A stretch of 48,649 nt of DNA, taken from Candidatus Bathyarchaeia archaeon (GTDB taxonomy: Archaea > Thermoproteota > Bathyarchaeia > 40CM-2-53-6). The stretch spans positions 1 through 48,649 of the forward strand of contig JBEKPE010000003.1 of the NCBI GenBank assembly GCA_049521055.1, in the 5' to 3' direction. The translations under genes were made by a program, and so were the position numbers. Position 1 is the first letter of the stretch. The number at the start of each line of letters is the position of its first letter. The notes under the pieces are model-generated. The model worked only from the letters and a program-made list of their open reading frames with translations. It made no database searches and was not told where the DNA came from. This document shows positions 38,289 to 47,347 of this stretch, piece by piece.

Positions 38289-39635
38289 TCATTCCACAAA
38301 TTCGATAAGAATGGTTACCCTAGTATTTCTGGGTAGGGAATTGAAAACTAACTCTGCACGCGTGCCCGCAAACGATACCGGCTGTGGGGTAATCTTCTTA
38401 AACGGTCGGTCTTTGGATAACAAGCGAACCTTGACATTCTCCAGGTCCTGATCTGCCAGTACATCTAGATCAAACCGATAGGTCCTCTCTTGAATACGTA
38501 AGGGAGTTGCGTCATGTTCTACCTTCATCACGTATGGATCATCTTTCCGGGCAGGATGACGAAAGGCTATATCGTATAGATTTCGTTTTCCGAAAGTGAT
38601 TATTCTTTTTGGATGCAACTCTCCAAAATAGTCACTGAATTTCACCTTAAGATCTGACGGAAACCCCCACATCGCTCCCTTTCGCATGATCTTTCTCGTC
38701 GATAAATAATGAAAGGTCCAAACGTCGCTGACTTTTGATGTGAGTTGCCCGTCAGCTAAAAGAAAAGTAATCGATAACTCAGCATCTATGGGTGCATTCC
38801 GCGCGGGGACATGGGGTGTGAGATACTCTTCGATGGGTAGTAGACTTCCCCTCATGCGAACGACTGTTGTGTAGTTTCCAAAGGCCCTAACGATGTACGG
38901 AGGAGATAAAGACTCAAAGGAGTAATGGTATCCTCCAAAGGCTTGATCTTCAAGAACAAATTGTTTGCATGATTTTTGTAATAGCGCTTCAGCAACACCT
39001 GGAGACATGACACTGGGATACTTCTTAACGGCTACCACGGATCTGCCAAGGGCCGAAGAAAATACCAAAATTAGAAGAAAAATGGCGCCCCCGAGTATAG
39101 ATGGGAATGCAGTAATCATGAGGCTGAGGCCATTCGTGTAATCCGTCACTATTCGTCGGAAACCGGAGACTCTTGAGTTGCCGAGTCTCTCTGTCACAGC
39201 TCTACTTGCCGTGTAGGGACAAGCAATAACCGAGATCGATACTAATGAGGCGAGAGGTATAATTTGATAGATTTCGTACAGACGCTGAAAGAATGAACCT
39301 TGTATGTAGTAACCGGGAAGCATTAGAGCTAGGCTGAAGATCGTGAGCAGTTTCGTTCTATTGATAAGCAATTTGCCCAGAAGATGAGTCACTAGAGTTA
39401 GCAGCAGAATTCCAAACAAGAAAAGCGTTTGATCGACCTTGAAGCTCGGCAACCCGATCGAGCGGATCCAATTAACAATGAAGAACCAGAACACAAATGC
39501 GCTTAGGTATACCCTTATCGACGAGCCCCATAGTTCCCAAGTGGTCTTGGAAAGCGTTTCGCCAAGTCGGTTTTTGATCAGCTTTACAAGTTCCTGTCGA
39601 GCGTCGTCTCCAAGCGTTCCAAGGTCAAGAGTCAT
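38289..39635 (-). CDS. Multi-pass membrane protein with a soluble beta-rich C-terminal domain
   Basis: About 5-6 hydrophobic helices within residues ~35-200. Confidence 0.7.
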   Translation of the reverse strand: MTLDLGTLGDDARQELVKLIKNRLGETLSKTTWELWGSSIRVYLSAFVFWFFIVNWIRSIGLPSFKVDQTLFLFGILLLTLVTHLLGKLLINRTKLLTIFSLALMLPGYYIQGSFFQRLYEIYQIIPLASLVSISVIACPYTASRAVTERLGNSRVSGFRRIVTDYTNGLSLMITAFPSILGGAIFLLILVFSSALGRSVVAVKKYPSVMSPGVAEALLQKSCKQFVLEDQAFGGYHYSFESLSPPYIVRAFGNYTTVVRMRGSLLPIEEYLTPHVPARNAPIDAELSITFLLADGQLTSKVSDVWTFHYLSTRKIMRKGAMWGFPSDLKVKFSDYFGELHPKRIITFGKRNLYDIAFRHPARKDDPYVMKVEHDATPLRIQERTYRFDLDVLADQDLENVKVRLLSKDRPFKKITPQPVSFAGTRAELVFNSLPRNTRVTILIEFVE

Positions 39636-39797
39636 TTCACTCCCTTGATGTCCTTGTACGAATCGAGCGTCTTCAGTATTGTGCTAACTTACAGGAATCG
39701 TTTGTAAACGATCTGCGAGTTGCGGCTGAGTCATGGTTTCAGGTTGAACGTCGTCAATCTTCTCGTCAGGATCCAAGCTCCCCCAGCTATTTCATAG

Positions 39798-41258
39798 TCA
39801 CACGAAATACGGATCACCCAGTATAGAGGCTAGAAAGTACACCAATCCCGATATGGACTCAGCCACGAGGAGTCCTGTTTCCGTAGGTGTACCGAATGCC
39901 TTTTCGAATAATGCATTTGCGCTCTCTTCCTTCGCAGCAAGCCTTTTGATGAATATGTGATCAGCAATTGAGGCGTAGAACCTTTGAGCTATAATGCCAT
40001 CCTGTCTTCCATCAGATTCAGAGACACTGTATGCAACGTAAGCATGAACAGGGCCTAACCAGTTCGATAATTGGTCCTGCAAGGACAGTGTTTGGACCAA
40101 TAATCTGAGCTCGTCTATCTCGCTCTGAATCCAACTCTGTAACGACTGATCCGTCGCTTGAGCAACTTCGATAAGAGGTCTTTGAAGTCTCAAGTCTCTA
40201 AGGCTCCGTTCTATATCATTCAATGCTGTGAGGTACGGATGGTCTTGCCGAAGGTACGATTTTCTATCTTTCGAATAGCTCTTCGTTTCGCGCATCAGCC
40301 ACTTATTTTCCAACATATTATTTGTTGGATTCCATGGTCCTATGGTTTCTGTCCGAACTTCAACCTCATCGTTAGGACCAGATGCTACATATTCCCTAAC
40401 GATGAGCTGTTCGCCAGATGGATCGACGGCAACCACGAGATGCTTGCCCATCATTAGGCCTCCTAAGGCCACATCCAAATCGGGCACTCGGCTCACTATC
40501 GATCTATAGTAACGTAGATAATCCTTGTACCATTTCTCCAAACGGTTCTCGTTCTCCCCTCCGAGATTTCCAAAATATCGCCTCGCGACATCACGCTTGT
40601 TCAGGGAACCGAGCCTTGCAACAGCAGCGTTCATGGGGAAGAGCGATAAAGGATGAATTGGAAGCTTCGTAGTTCGGACCCGGATAATGCCTTCGTCCTG
40701 AAGTCCTGAGACTCGGTGTAAGAATTCCCCTTCTAGTTCAGAGTCATCGTCAAGAGGAAGAATTCCTGTAAACACCATTGGATCTATGGCAATCTTGACG
40801 TACAATCCTCTCTTCAGGTCCCCGACACCTCTTAGGGCATTATTCAACGGGTCGTCGGTACTGCTCAGCGTTCGCCACGGGATTCGCTTTTGAAAAATCT
40901 GAAAGGCATAGAATAGTAAGTCTGGTAGCGGAACACGACCTTTCTGCCTACTTTCGAAGGCTTGAATCAGCTCTTGTGACTCTCTCGCATCCAATAGACA
41001 ATGAAGCTCTGGTTCTGTTCCTACGATTCCTTGTTCCTTAAGATATTGAATTTGCGCAACTACATGGTTGCTAAACGACTTGAAGGCGCCACGTAGAGTT
41101 GTTATCTCAACCTTGTCTAAAGCTAAGAAAGAAGCGATGTGCTCAGCTCTCAATGGGCCTCGTCCACCGTACCCTTCAATGCGGTAGATCATGTTGAGAA
41201 TTTCCAAAATCTCAAACCCAAATCGTTCCTCAAGCCCACGTAGTCGCGAGCTGCTCAA
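39798..41258 (-). CDS. Hypothetical protein with N-terminal wHTH-like region and a possible degenerate PIN-like motif
   Basis: EHIASFL...IQYLKEQGIV; VKIAIDPMVF; 4-bp overlap with the upstream gene. Confidence 0.6.
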   Translation of the reverse strand: MSSSRLRGLEERFGFEILEILNMIYRIEGYGGRGPLRAEHIASFLALDKVEITTLRGAFKSFSNHVVAQIQYLKEQGIVGTEPELHCLLDARESQELIQAFESRQKGRVPLPDLLFYAFQIFQKRIPWRTLSSTDDPLNNALRGVGDLKRGLYVKIAIDPMVFTGILPLDDDSELEGEFLHRVSGLQDEGIIRVRTTKLPIHPLSLFPMNAAVARLGSLNKRDVARRYFGNLGGENENRLEKWYKDYLRYYRSIVSRVPDLDVALGGLMMGKHLVVAVDPSGEQLIVREYVASGPNDEVEVRTETIGPWNPTNNMLENKWLMRETKSYSKDRKSYLRQDHPYLTALNDIERSLRDLRLQRPLIEVAQATDQSLQSWIQSEIDELRLLVQTLSLQDQLSNWLGPVHAYVAYSVSESDGRQDGIIAQRFYASIADHIFIKRLAAKEESANALFEKAFGTPTETGLLVAESISGLVYFLASILGDPYFV

Positions 41259-42418
41259 TTAGTAAACCTCCATACGTTGACTGGTTCTGATTGCAGCTCG
41301 CATCCTAGCACCGCATCCCCTAAGACATCATTTATCGCATTGATCGTGCCATCACTCCCGTCAGTTGAAAGATGAGGAATCGTTCCAAACAAGGACCCCG
41401 AATTTGTTCTTACTTCGACCGCGATTTTGTAGGTTCCAGGATGTTGCCTTAACGTTCTTTCGAGCTCATCGAGATTAGTGGCGTTGAGATTGCTTTGACG
41501 CATTGTGATGGTAAAGCATCCAGCTTCGCTTGGAGGTCTTTCGAGTTCTAAGATTTTCCCCGAGGCTTGGTCGATTAACTGCACGTGAAATAGTGGGATG
41601 TTGTATTCTCTGAATACGCTTGCTACGCTTCGCAGTTCCTCGGTTAGTTCTTCTCTCAACCACTCACACAGTTCAAGATGTCTTATGACGGAACCTAGTT
41701 GCTCTGGTGAAGGCAAGATGTAGACCCAGATCGAAGAACTTACGGCATCATAGTTGACCCCTGTAACCAGGAAGTTTCTTCTCCAATAGTCTTTAGAGGA
41801 CGCAGGCATTGCCTGTTCAAACAGTTCGAAGATTGCCTCAGGAGATCTTTGGTTGTCTATGTCGGAAGCGTCCGAGACTCTTAGAATTGCTGCAAGAAGT
41901 CTTACCCTGATGGGATTTTGATTCACAGTTGTAAAGGGGATTACGGTTGAGATGTCTACTATCCGACGGTGGGCGCGGGTTATAGCAGTCAGAAGCGATG
42001 TGAGGCCAGCAGGAAGAGCTGGCAGGTGATTAGCTCTTTCTATGAGTGACAAAATCTGCGCCACTCGCTCGTGATGTTCGCTACGGGCATATTCATCAGA
42101 CTCGTTCGGACTTAACTTGAAAAGCATGCCTACGTCATGCGTCCAAATCGCTAAGAGCAGGAGCAACGCTTCACAACAAGTGAGATTAAGATTAGATTTG
42201 CCAATCAGCTCCTCGGCGTAACGCTGGGCTCGCCTTAGATGGTCAGGCGTATGGTCGTTAAAGTAAGCTTGACGTGTATGTTGCAGATCGAGTCCAGTTG
42301 GCGGTGGAAAATTCGAGACTTGCTCTATAGCCCTTCGGTACAGGTCAAAGACTGACGCGGGACGCATCGTGTTGTCTCTGCAATCGTCCTCAAGAAATCG
42401 ATCCAAAGGCAAACGCAT
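41255..42418 (-). CDS. HD-CE-like phosphohydrolase with a small C-terminal domain
   Basis: YFNDHTPDH, AIWTHDVGM, RSEHH, AH, LLAAILRVSDASD...RSP. Confidence 0.8.
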   Translation of the reverse strand: MRLPLDRFLEDDCRDNTMRPASVFDLYRRAIEQVSNFPPPTGLDLQHTRQAYFNDHTPDHLRRAQRYAEELIGKSNLNLTCCEALLLLLAIWTHDVGMLFKLSPNESDEYARSEHHERVAQILSLIERANHLPALPAGLTSLLTAITRAHRRIVDISTVIPFTTVNQNPIRVRLLAAILRVSDASDIDNQRSPEAIFELFEQAMPASSKDYWRRNFLVTGVNYDAVSSSIWVYILPSPEQLGSVIRHLELCEWLREELTEELRSVASVFREYNIPLFHVQLIDQASGKILELERPPSEAGCFTITMRQSNLNATNLDELERTLRQHPGTYKIAVEVRTNSGSLFGTIPHLSTDGSDGTINAINDVLGDAVLGCELQSEPVNVWRFTN

Positions 42419-42848
42419 AGACTTCTCATTACTCCTCGAATCTATCGGAGTTCGTACCTGACGACGGTGAGCCTGTTGGGTCGCAGACTCTGTGGATGTA
42501 ACCTAAGTGCTTGGCCTCGGAGAATGGGCCTCTGGCCCACCGCTCTAGGTGTATCGAGCTAATCTCTTTGCGCGTATAAATCCCCGAGATAGGCCGATAG
42601 AGGAGTTACAGCAGGGGAGCTTAAGGTTAACTGAATAGTATGGAATCCAGCAATCAACTTGGTTGAGAGCTTCCGACTTTGGGAACCTCTAGTTCCCTGA
42701 AACCCCCTTGCAAAATCATGTATTGTGTTGGGCCGATCTGAATCACTGGCGAAGGCTGAGAGTCATTTTCATCGATCACTGACTCCTCGCCTTGCGGTGA
42801 CTTCTGAGCTTATCCGGTAGCATTGTTACGGCAAATTTGGTGATTGGT

Positions 42849-42992
42849 TTGAAATGTCCGTCCTGTCAAATTGAACTTCTAGGTCAAGAGAACTATCCCT
42901 TGAAGCGTTGTGACCAATGCAACCTTTGGTTTGAACTACAGAACGATGAGCTTGTGCTCCTACGGGCCGACCCACTGTATTTGCAGCACTGA
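42849..42992 (+). CDS. Zinc-ribbon microprotein, 47 aa (not in ORF track)
   Basis: GGTGAT RBS then TTG; MKCPSCQIELLGQENYPLKRCDQCNLWFELQNDELVLLRADPLYLQH. Confidence 0.7.
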   Translation: MKCPSCQIELLGQENYPLKRCDQCNLWFELQNDELVLLRADPLYLQH

Positions 42993-43003
42993 GTTGCAGC
43001 GTC

Positions 43004-43411
43004 TTGGAGATTGACCATAATTCGACCGATTGTCTCGATTGCCACAAGCCATTAGTTTGGATAAGTCGAAGTAAGCGGTTACTTGAAGGCCGGGATGTGG
43101 ATGAGTTGGGCTTCCGCTGCGACTCATGCAAACGTGAGTATCGATTCAGAGAGGGAAGGCTAAAGGAGCTGAAGATTGAACGAGACCCAGCCGCCGAACG
43201 CATGGCCATGCAAAAGGCCGAAGTAGACACGGTCCGGAACCGGCGTTGTCCTCATTGCGGCGGACCACTCGATGATTTCCTGACCTGCGAGTGGTGCCAT
43301 GAAAGCTACGTGGTAGAGAGCGGAGAACTTGTACCTAGAATCGAAGACAACCTCCTCGGGCAGCATAAGCCCCAGATGAGGGAATTTTATGCCCTTAACG
43401 CGCAGCGGTAA
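43004..43411 (+). CDS. Double zinc-ribbon protein
   Basis: CLDC/CDSC and CPHC/CEWC pairs. Confidence 0.75.
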   Translation: MEIDHNSTDCLDCHKPLVWISRSKRLLEGRDVDELGFRCDSCKREYRFREGRLKELKIERDPAAERMAMQKAEVDTVRNRRCPHCGGPLDDFLTCEWCHESYVVESGELVPRIEDNLLGQHKPQMREFYALNAQR

Positions 43412-43922
43412 CCACTACAACCTCCGCGCCAAACGACCCTGCCCGCAATGCCATGAGACAACGGACCAGACGGCGACAAGTTGCCGTTACAACGCTCCGG
43501 AAATACCTACAGTCCCTCCTATCCTAATCAAACGCATCGAATGGTTATGCGATTGGTGCGGTAATTACGAGGAAGAAGTCAAAGAGACCGTTCAGCCCAC
43601 AGACAAAACAATGATCGTGAAACGACTGCTCAGCCTCCCGGAGGACTACGACGTGCTAGGCTTCACCCTAAGCTCGGAAGCGAATGTGATCTCAATAAAG
43701 ATCCGATTGCCTGACTTCGATATGGGCGAATTGCGGGCCATTCAGTACAAACAACAGGAGACCGGCTTCATAACCATCGACGAACTCATCAAGGTGCAAC
43801 GAGCCGGATACAGACAACCTACAGCCGTCCCTCCTAAACCTGAGCCCCGCGACGTGGCGGCGCTTCGGAAGAACGAGAGGCAAAGAGCTTTCGCCGGGGA
43901 CCCAAGGCCTTCGTGGCGCTGA
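43389..43922 (+). CDS. Zinc-ribbon-containing hypothetical protein
   Basis: CPQC...CDWC; overlaps the previous gene. Confidence 0.65.
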   Translation: MPLTRSGNHYNLRAKRPCPQCHETTDQTATSCRYNAPEIPTVPPILIKRIEWLCDWCGNYEEEVKETVQPTDKTMIVKRLLSLPEDYDVLGFTLSSEANVISIKIRLPDFDMGELRAIQYKQQETGFITIDELIKVQRAGYRQPTAVPPKPEPRDVAALRKNERQRAFAGDPRPSWR

Positions 43923-44013
43923 AGAGGTAAGAGGGAATCAAAATTGAGGGCGAGAATTAAGTGGTTGACTCTGATTCAGACCACGGAAGGGGTGCGTCAT
44001 TCTTGATTCTTGG

Positions 44014-44352
44014 TTACATGTGCACGATTTCTTCTGGCGGTGGCTCATCGCTGGGCTGCTCTAGGTCGACTCCCGTAACTGATTTGACTTGTTGTTTGAA
44101 CCATACCATGAACGGGTCTTTTGACTTGGCTTCAGTTTCGAAAGTCTTCTCAATGTCCTCGGCTTCAAAGTGAACGATCACCATGTCGCCTTGAGGAGTC
44201 TTCTGCAGGAACCATGATTCCTTCGTTACGCCTTGTCTCTTCAGTGCTTCCGCAAATTCGGCGCGTCTCGGACCCATACATGCCTTCGCAAACTCTCTTC
44301 CAGCTTCAGTCTTACCTGGAAGCAGTGGGAATGCTCCGCAAAATGTTTTCAT
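44014..44352 (-). CDS. Small conserved-looking protein, probable dimeric alpha/beta barrel (DUF6176-like)
   Basis: PLLPGK.E...GV.KE.WFLQ.TP.GD...F..WF...TG.DL pattern. Confidence 0.6.
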   Translation of the reverse strand: MKTFCGAFPLLPGKTEAGREFAKACMGPRRAEFAEALKRQGVTKESWFLQKTPQGDMVIVHFEAEDIEKTFETEAKSKDPFMVWFKQQVKSVTGVDLEQPSDEPPPEEIVHM

Positions 44353-44527
44353 GGCGCAACATCTTCACCTGATCGCTAATATGCCTTACGAAACAACTCG
44401 GAGCGTTCTATCCGCAACACAATTCATCAAGAGATGAATGGTCGGTTGACAGTCGAGCGTTACGGAACGCTCAACCCTAAAGAGAATCAGTTCTCCATCA
44501 GAGCGTTGCGGAGGTAGACTTGTTCCT

Positions 44528-46360
44528 ATGGTTTCCGAGGGGCAAACTGCGTGGCTTGTTAACGTCTCTTACAAAACAGGCCAGGTCACTCTGAGACTAA
44601 TTACCTCGCCAGACTTGGAAGCAATTGAATGGGTTGACCGAGACTTTCAACCCTACTACCTCACCACGCATCAGCAGGGTGAACCGGTCAAGAAGGTTGA
44701 GCTCTTTACCGGAAACGAATTGAGACTAACGAAGGTTAACCTCAGAGGGAAACCTGCTAGGGCCGCCAACGCCTGGGAGTTGGATATAGACCCCGCTATG
44801 AGCTACGCGTACGACAAGGGACTTCGGTTCGGTCTTCTTCACCATTTCAACGGCAACGGTTGGGTTGCGGACGCTCCCCTAAACGAGGATCTGAGTTCTA
44901 GATTTGAGGAATTATTCGGAGCAGTCCAGCGGAGGGATCCACTCAAGTATGCATCTCTGAAGGAACTGTACGCATACATCAGCCAACCCGTGCCAAGAAT
45001 CTCTGAAGAAAAACTCCGCCTCGCCGAAGTCGGTTCGGAGGACGACTACTTCAACGCCTTTCTACTCAGTCGCATCGCGAACTTGCCTCTCAACCGAACC
45101 CACAGGAATTATTCCGTCTCAGACTGGATCCGTTCAATGCTCAACAGTTACTACCGTACCCACAACATTCTGATTCCCAACCCCGAAGAATTGAAACTTG
45201 GAGACACGAGGAAAATGGTGACAGGCGCATTAGCAATCGCGCCTGAGCCTGGAACCTACTTCAACATGCACGTCTTGGACTTCGAATCCCTCTACCCGGG
45301 TTGTATAGATGTCTTCAACCTATCATACGAGACAGTCCAATGCGCTCATCCTGAATGTCAGAAGAATCTGGTACCCGGCCAACCGAATATTCACGTGTGT
45401 ACAAAGCGGCGTGGCATCTACTCCGCCTTAGTGGGTGCCCTTCGTGATTTACGTTTGCAACACTACAAACCCCAGATAAGCGGAGCGAGCACGGGCGGTA
45501 ATGTGTTGGCTGCGTCAGAAGTTCTGAAATTGTTCCTAGTCTCTTGCTACGGGGTTACGATTAGGATCCACGGACTCGCAAGCCCACTCCTCGGCGAAGC
45601 GATCACCGCCTACGGAAGGCATGTACTCCAATCAACTTGGGATTTAGCGGAGAACATGGGTCTCAGGCCGAAATATGGCGACACCGACTCCGTCTTCCTA
45701 GACAACCCAACCGTGGAGGCGACGGGGAAACTCATTCAAGAAGTCAGCGGAAAGTTTAGGCTCCCATTGGCTTATGACCGCGTCTATTCGGTCTGCGTTC
45801 TCAGCACCATCAAAGCGTACTTCGGCATCCTACCAAACGGTGAACCAGAAATCAAAGGTCTAGCCATCGCCAAATCCAACTCACCCCGATTCTTCCAACA
45901 AACCTTCCAACGCTGCCTCACTCAGCTATCGGAAGGACGCCGTTCCCCATCAGACTTTGAAACCGCCAAAGGGCAAGTACCCGAAATAGTCATCGAAGCC
46001 GTTCGCAACCTCCGCGAAAGGGCCGTACCCCTAGCGGACTTAGAGTACCGTGTTGAGCTCAGGGAGGATCCGCATGAGAAGTTAATGTCGAAGAGGCTTC
46101 CGCAACCCTACCAAGCGGCCTGGCTGCTCATGAAGCAAGGAAAGGCGCCAGCCCGTGGGGAGACGATTGAGTTTGTGAAGGTGCTTCCGTTCAGATTACA
46201 GGGACGGCAGTTCACTGTCAAACCCACCTCACAAGTAAACCCGAAAGAGATCGACGTGGATGACTACACCCTCAGCCTTTACGCCTCACTCTCGCAAGCC
46301 TTCGACCCCATGAACATTAAACTCGGAACGAATCCAACCAGCCTCTCAGATTTCATTTGA
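44528..46360 (+). CDS. Family B DNA polymerase, PolB1-like, lacking the 3'-5' exonuclease domain
   Basis: DFESLYP, KLFLVSCYG, YGDTDS; NLSYETVQC...HVC insert; no ExoI DxE; GGAGGT RBS. Confidence 0.9.
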   Translation: MVSEGQTAWLVNVSYKTGQVTLRLITSPDLEAIEWVDRDFQPYYLTTHQQGEPVKKVELFTGNELRLTKVNLRGKPARAANAWELDIDPAMSYAYDKGLRFGLLHHFNGNGWVADAPLNEDLSSRFEELFGAVQRRDPLKYASLKELYAYISQPVPRISEEKLRLAEVGSEDDYFNAFLLSRIANLPLNRTHRNYSVSDWIRSMLNSYYRTHNILIPNPEELKLGDTRKMVTGALAIAPEPGTYFNMHVLDFESLYPGCIDVFNLSYETVQCAHPECQKNLVPGQPNIHVCTKRRGIYSALVGALRDLRLQHYKPQISGASTGGNVLAASEVLKLFLVSCYGVTIRIHGLASPLLGEAITAYGRHVLQSTWDLAENMGLRPKYGDTDSVFLDNPTVEATGKLIQEVSGKFRLPLAYDRVYSVCVLSTIKAYFGILPNGEPEIKGLAIAKSNSPRFFQQTFQRCLTQLSEGRRSPSDFETAKGQVPEIVIEAVRNLRERAVPLADLEYRVELREDPHEKLMSKRLPQPYQAAWLLMKQGKAPARGETIEFVKVLPFRLQGRQFTVKPTSQVNPKEIDVDDYTLSLYASLSQAFDPMNIKLGTNPTSLSDFI

Positions 46361-46482
46361 TCAAGCTAGGTCATCTAGGTCTTCACCGAACATGTCCGAA
46401 ACGGGGAAGAGTGTGAGCGCACCTTTGTTCCTTTCGCCAAATCATAAGTATCTTCCCCGTACTCGATTGATTCGAAAGAAAG

Positions 46483-46803
46483 TTGACCGAGAATAAATAC
46501 CACGAAGTGTGGTTCATCCAAATCGTGGAACGAACGCTTTTTGGGCCGTCTCCTTACCAATTCCTATTTCACCTGAAAACGCATCCTGTTGAACAGATGA
46601 AGGGGCAAGGACCACCCGTGACGAGGTTCGATTGGCCTTCTAACAGCTACGGAATGGAATGGGAGAGTTTCGTAGCGAATGATAACACGAGACCGTACCT
46701 CGATCAGCCCATCGAAAAGATAATGGCGATCCGCGAGGTATTGCAAGCCATAAGCATCCCGTGTTTCCCAACTGGATTATGGACAGGTTCAAGGAGGCTT
46801 TAG
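46483..46803 (+). CDS. Hypothetical protein
   Basis: ORF ends 7 bp before the SIR2-like start. Confidence 0.4.
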   Translation: MTENKYHEVWFIQIVERTLFGPSPYQFLFHLKTHPVEQMKGQGPPVTRFDWPSNSYGMEWESFVANDNTRPYLDQPIEKIMAIREVLQAISIPCFPTGLWTGSRRL

Positions 46804-46810
46804 ACCAATC

Positions 46811-47209
46811 ATGCTGTTGGCAATATTCGGCGCTGGTGCAACTTACGATTCTTGCTCTTCGTTCTTGCCTGAATCACATCCTGACATACGACCCCCTCTA
46901 GCGAAAGACCTGTTCGTGGTCAAGGGGAATTTTAGAGATCATATGAGACAATATCCGAAATGTTTTGACGTGTTGCCAAGACTTGAATCACCACCTGCAG
47001 GCAGCACCGTCGAACATGAACTTGAGAAGCTTCAAGCATCTGGAGACTACGAAGTACCTCGACAACTCGCCTCGATTCGCTTCTATTTACGTGACATTAT
47101 CTGGGATTGCGTGGGAAAGTGGATGGCGGAAACTAGAGGTGCAAGCAATTACAAGGTCTTGTTAAACTATATATTCGGGCCGTTAACTCATTCTTGTACT
47201 CAACAGTAG
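46811..47209 (+). pseudogene. Truncated SIR2-like (SIR2_2) protein, N-terminal fragment
   Basis: IFGAGA, PPLAKDLF, E..LE; ends before the expected TFNYD and HGS motifs. Confidence 0.6.
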
Positions 47210-47308
47210 GTGAATGGTTTTCCTTAGGCAAGAATATCCAAACTGTGATTATGCCCGCCTGACCTAAGGGTTGATCTGCTTGGATGCATCGTGATTTGAT
47301 TCGAATTT

Positions 47309-47343
47309 GTTTCAGATCCCTCCATCTCTGACCCTAATTGAGT
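47309..47343 (+). repeat. 35-bp direct repeat, left copy, flanking the C39-like gene
   Basis: 28/35 identity to 47936-47970 (manual count). Confidence 0.75.
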
Positions 47344-47347
47344 TAAG

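Noticed and set aside
42653-42697. TCAAC-N3-GTTGA and GGGAAC-N5-GTTCCC pair
   Set aside because: Spacing and core do not match the 49-bp family; more likely promoter-region palindromes.
44528-46360. Casposon or pipolin polymerase
   Set aside because: No cas1, integrase or terminal inverted repeats seen; the sequence resembles cellular PolB1 rather than protein-primed PolB.
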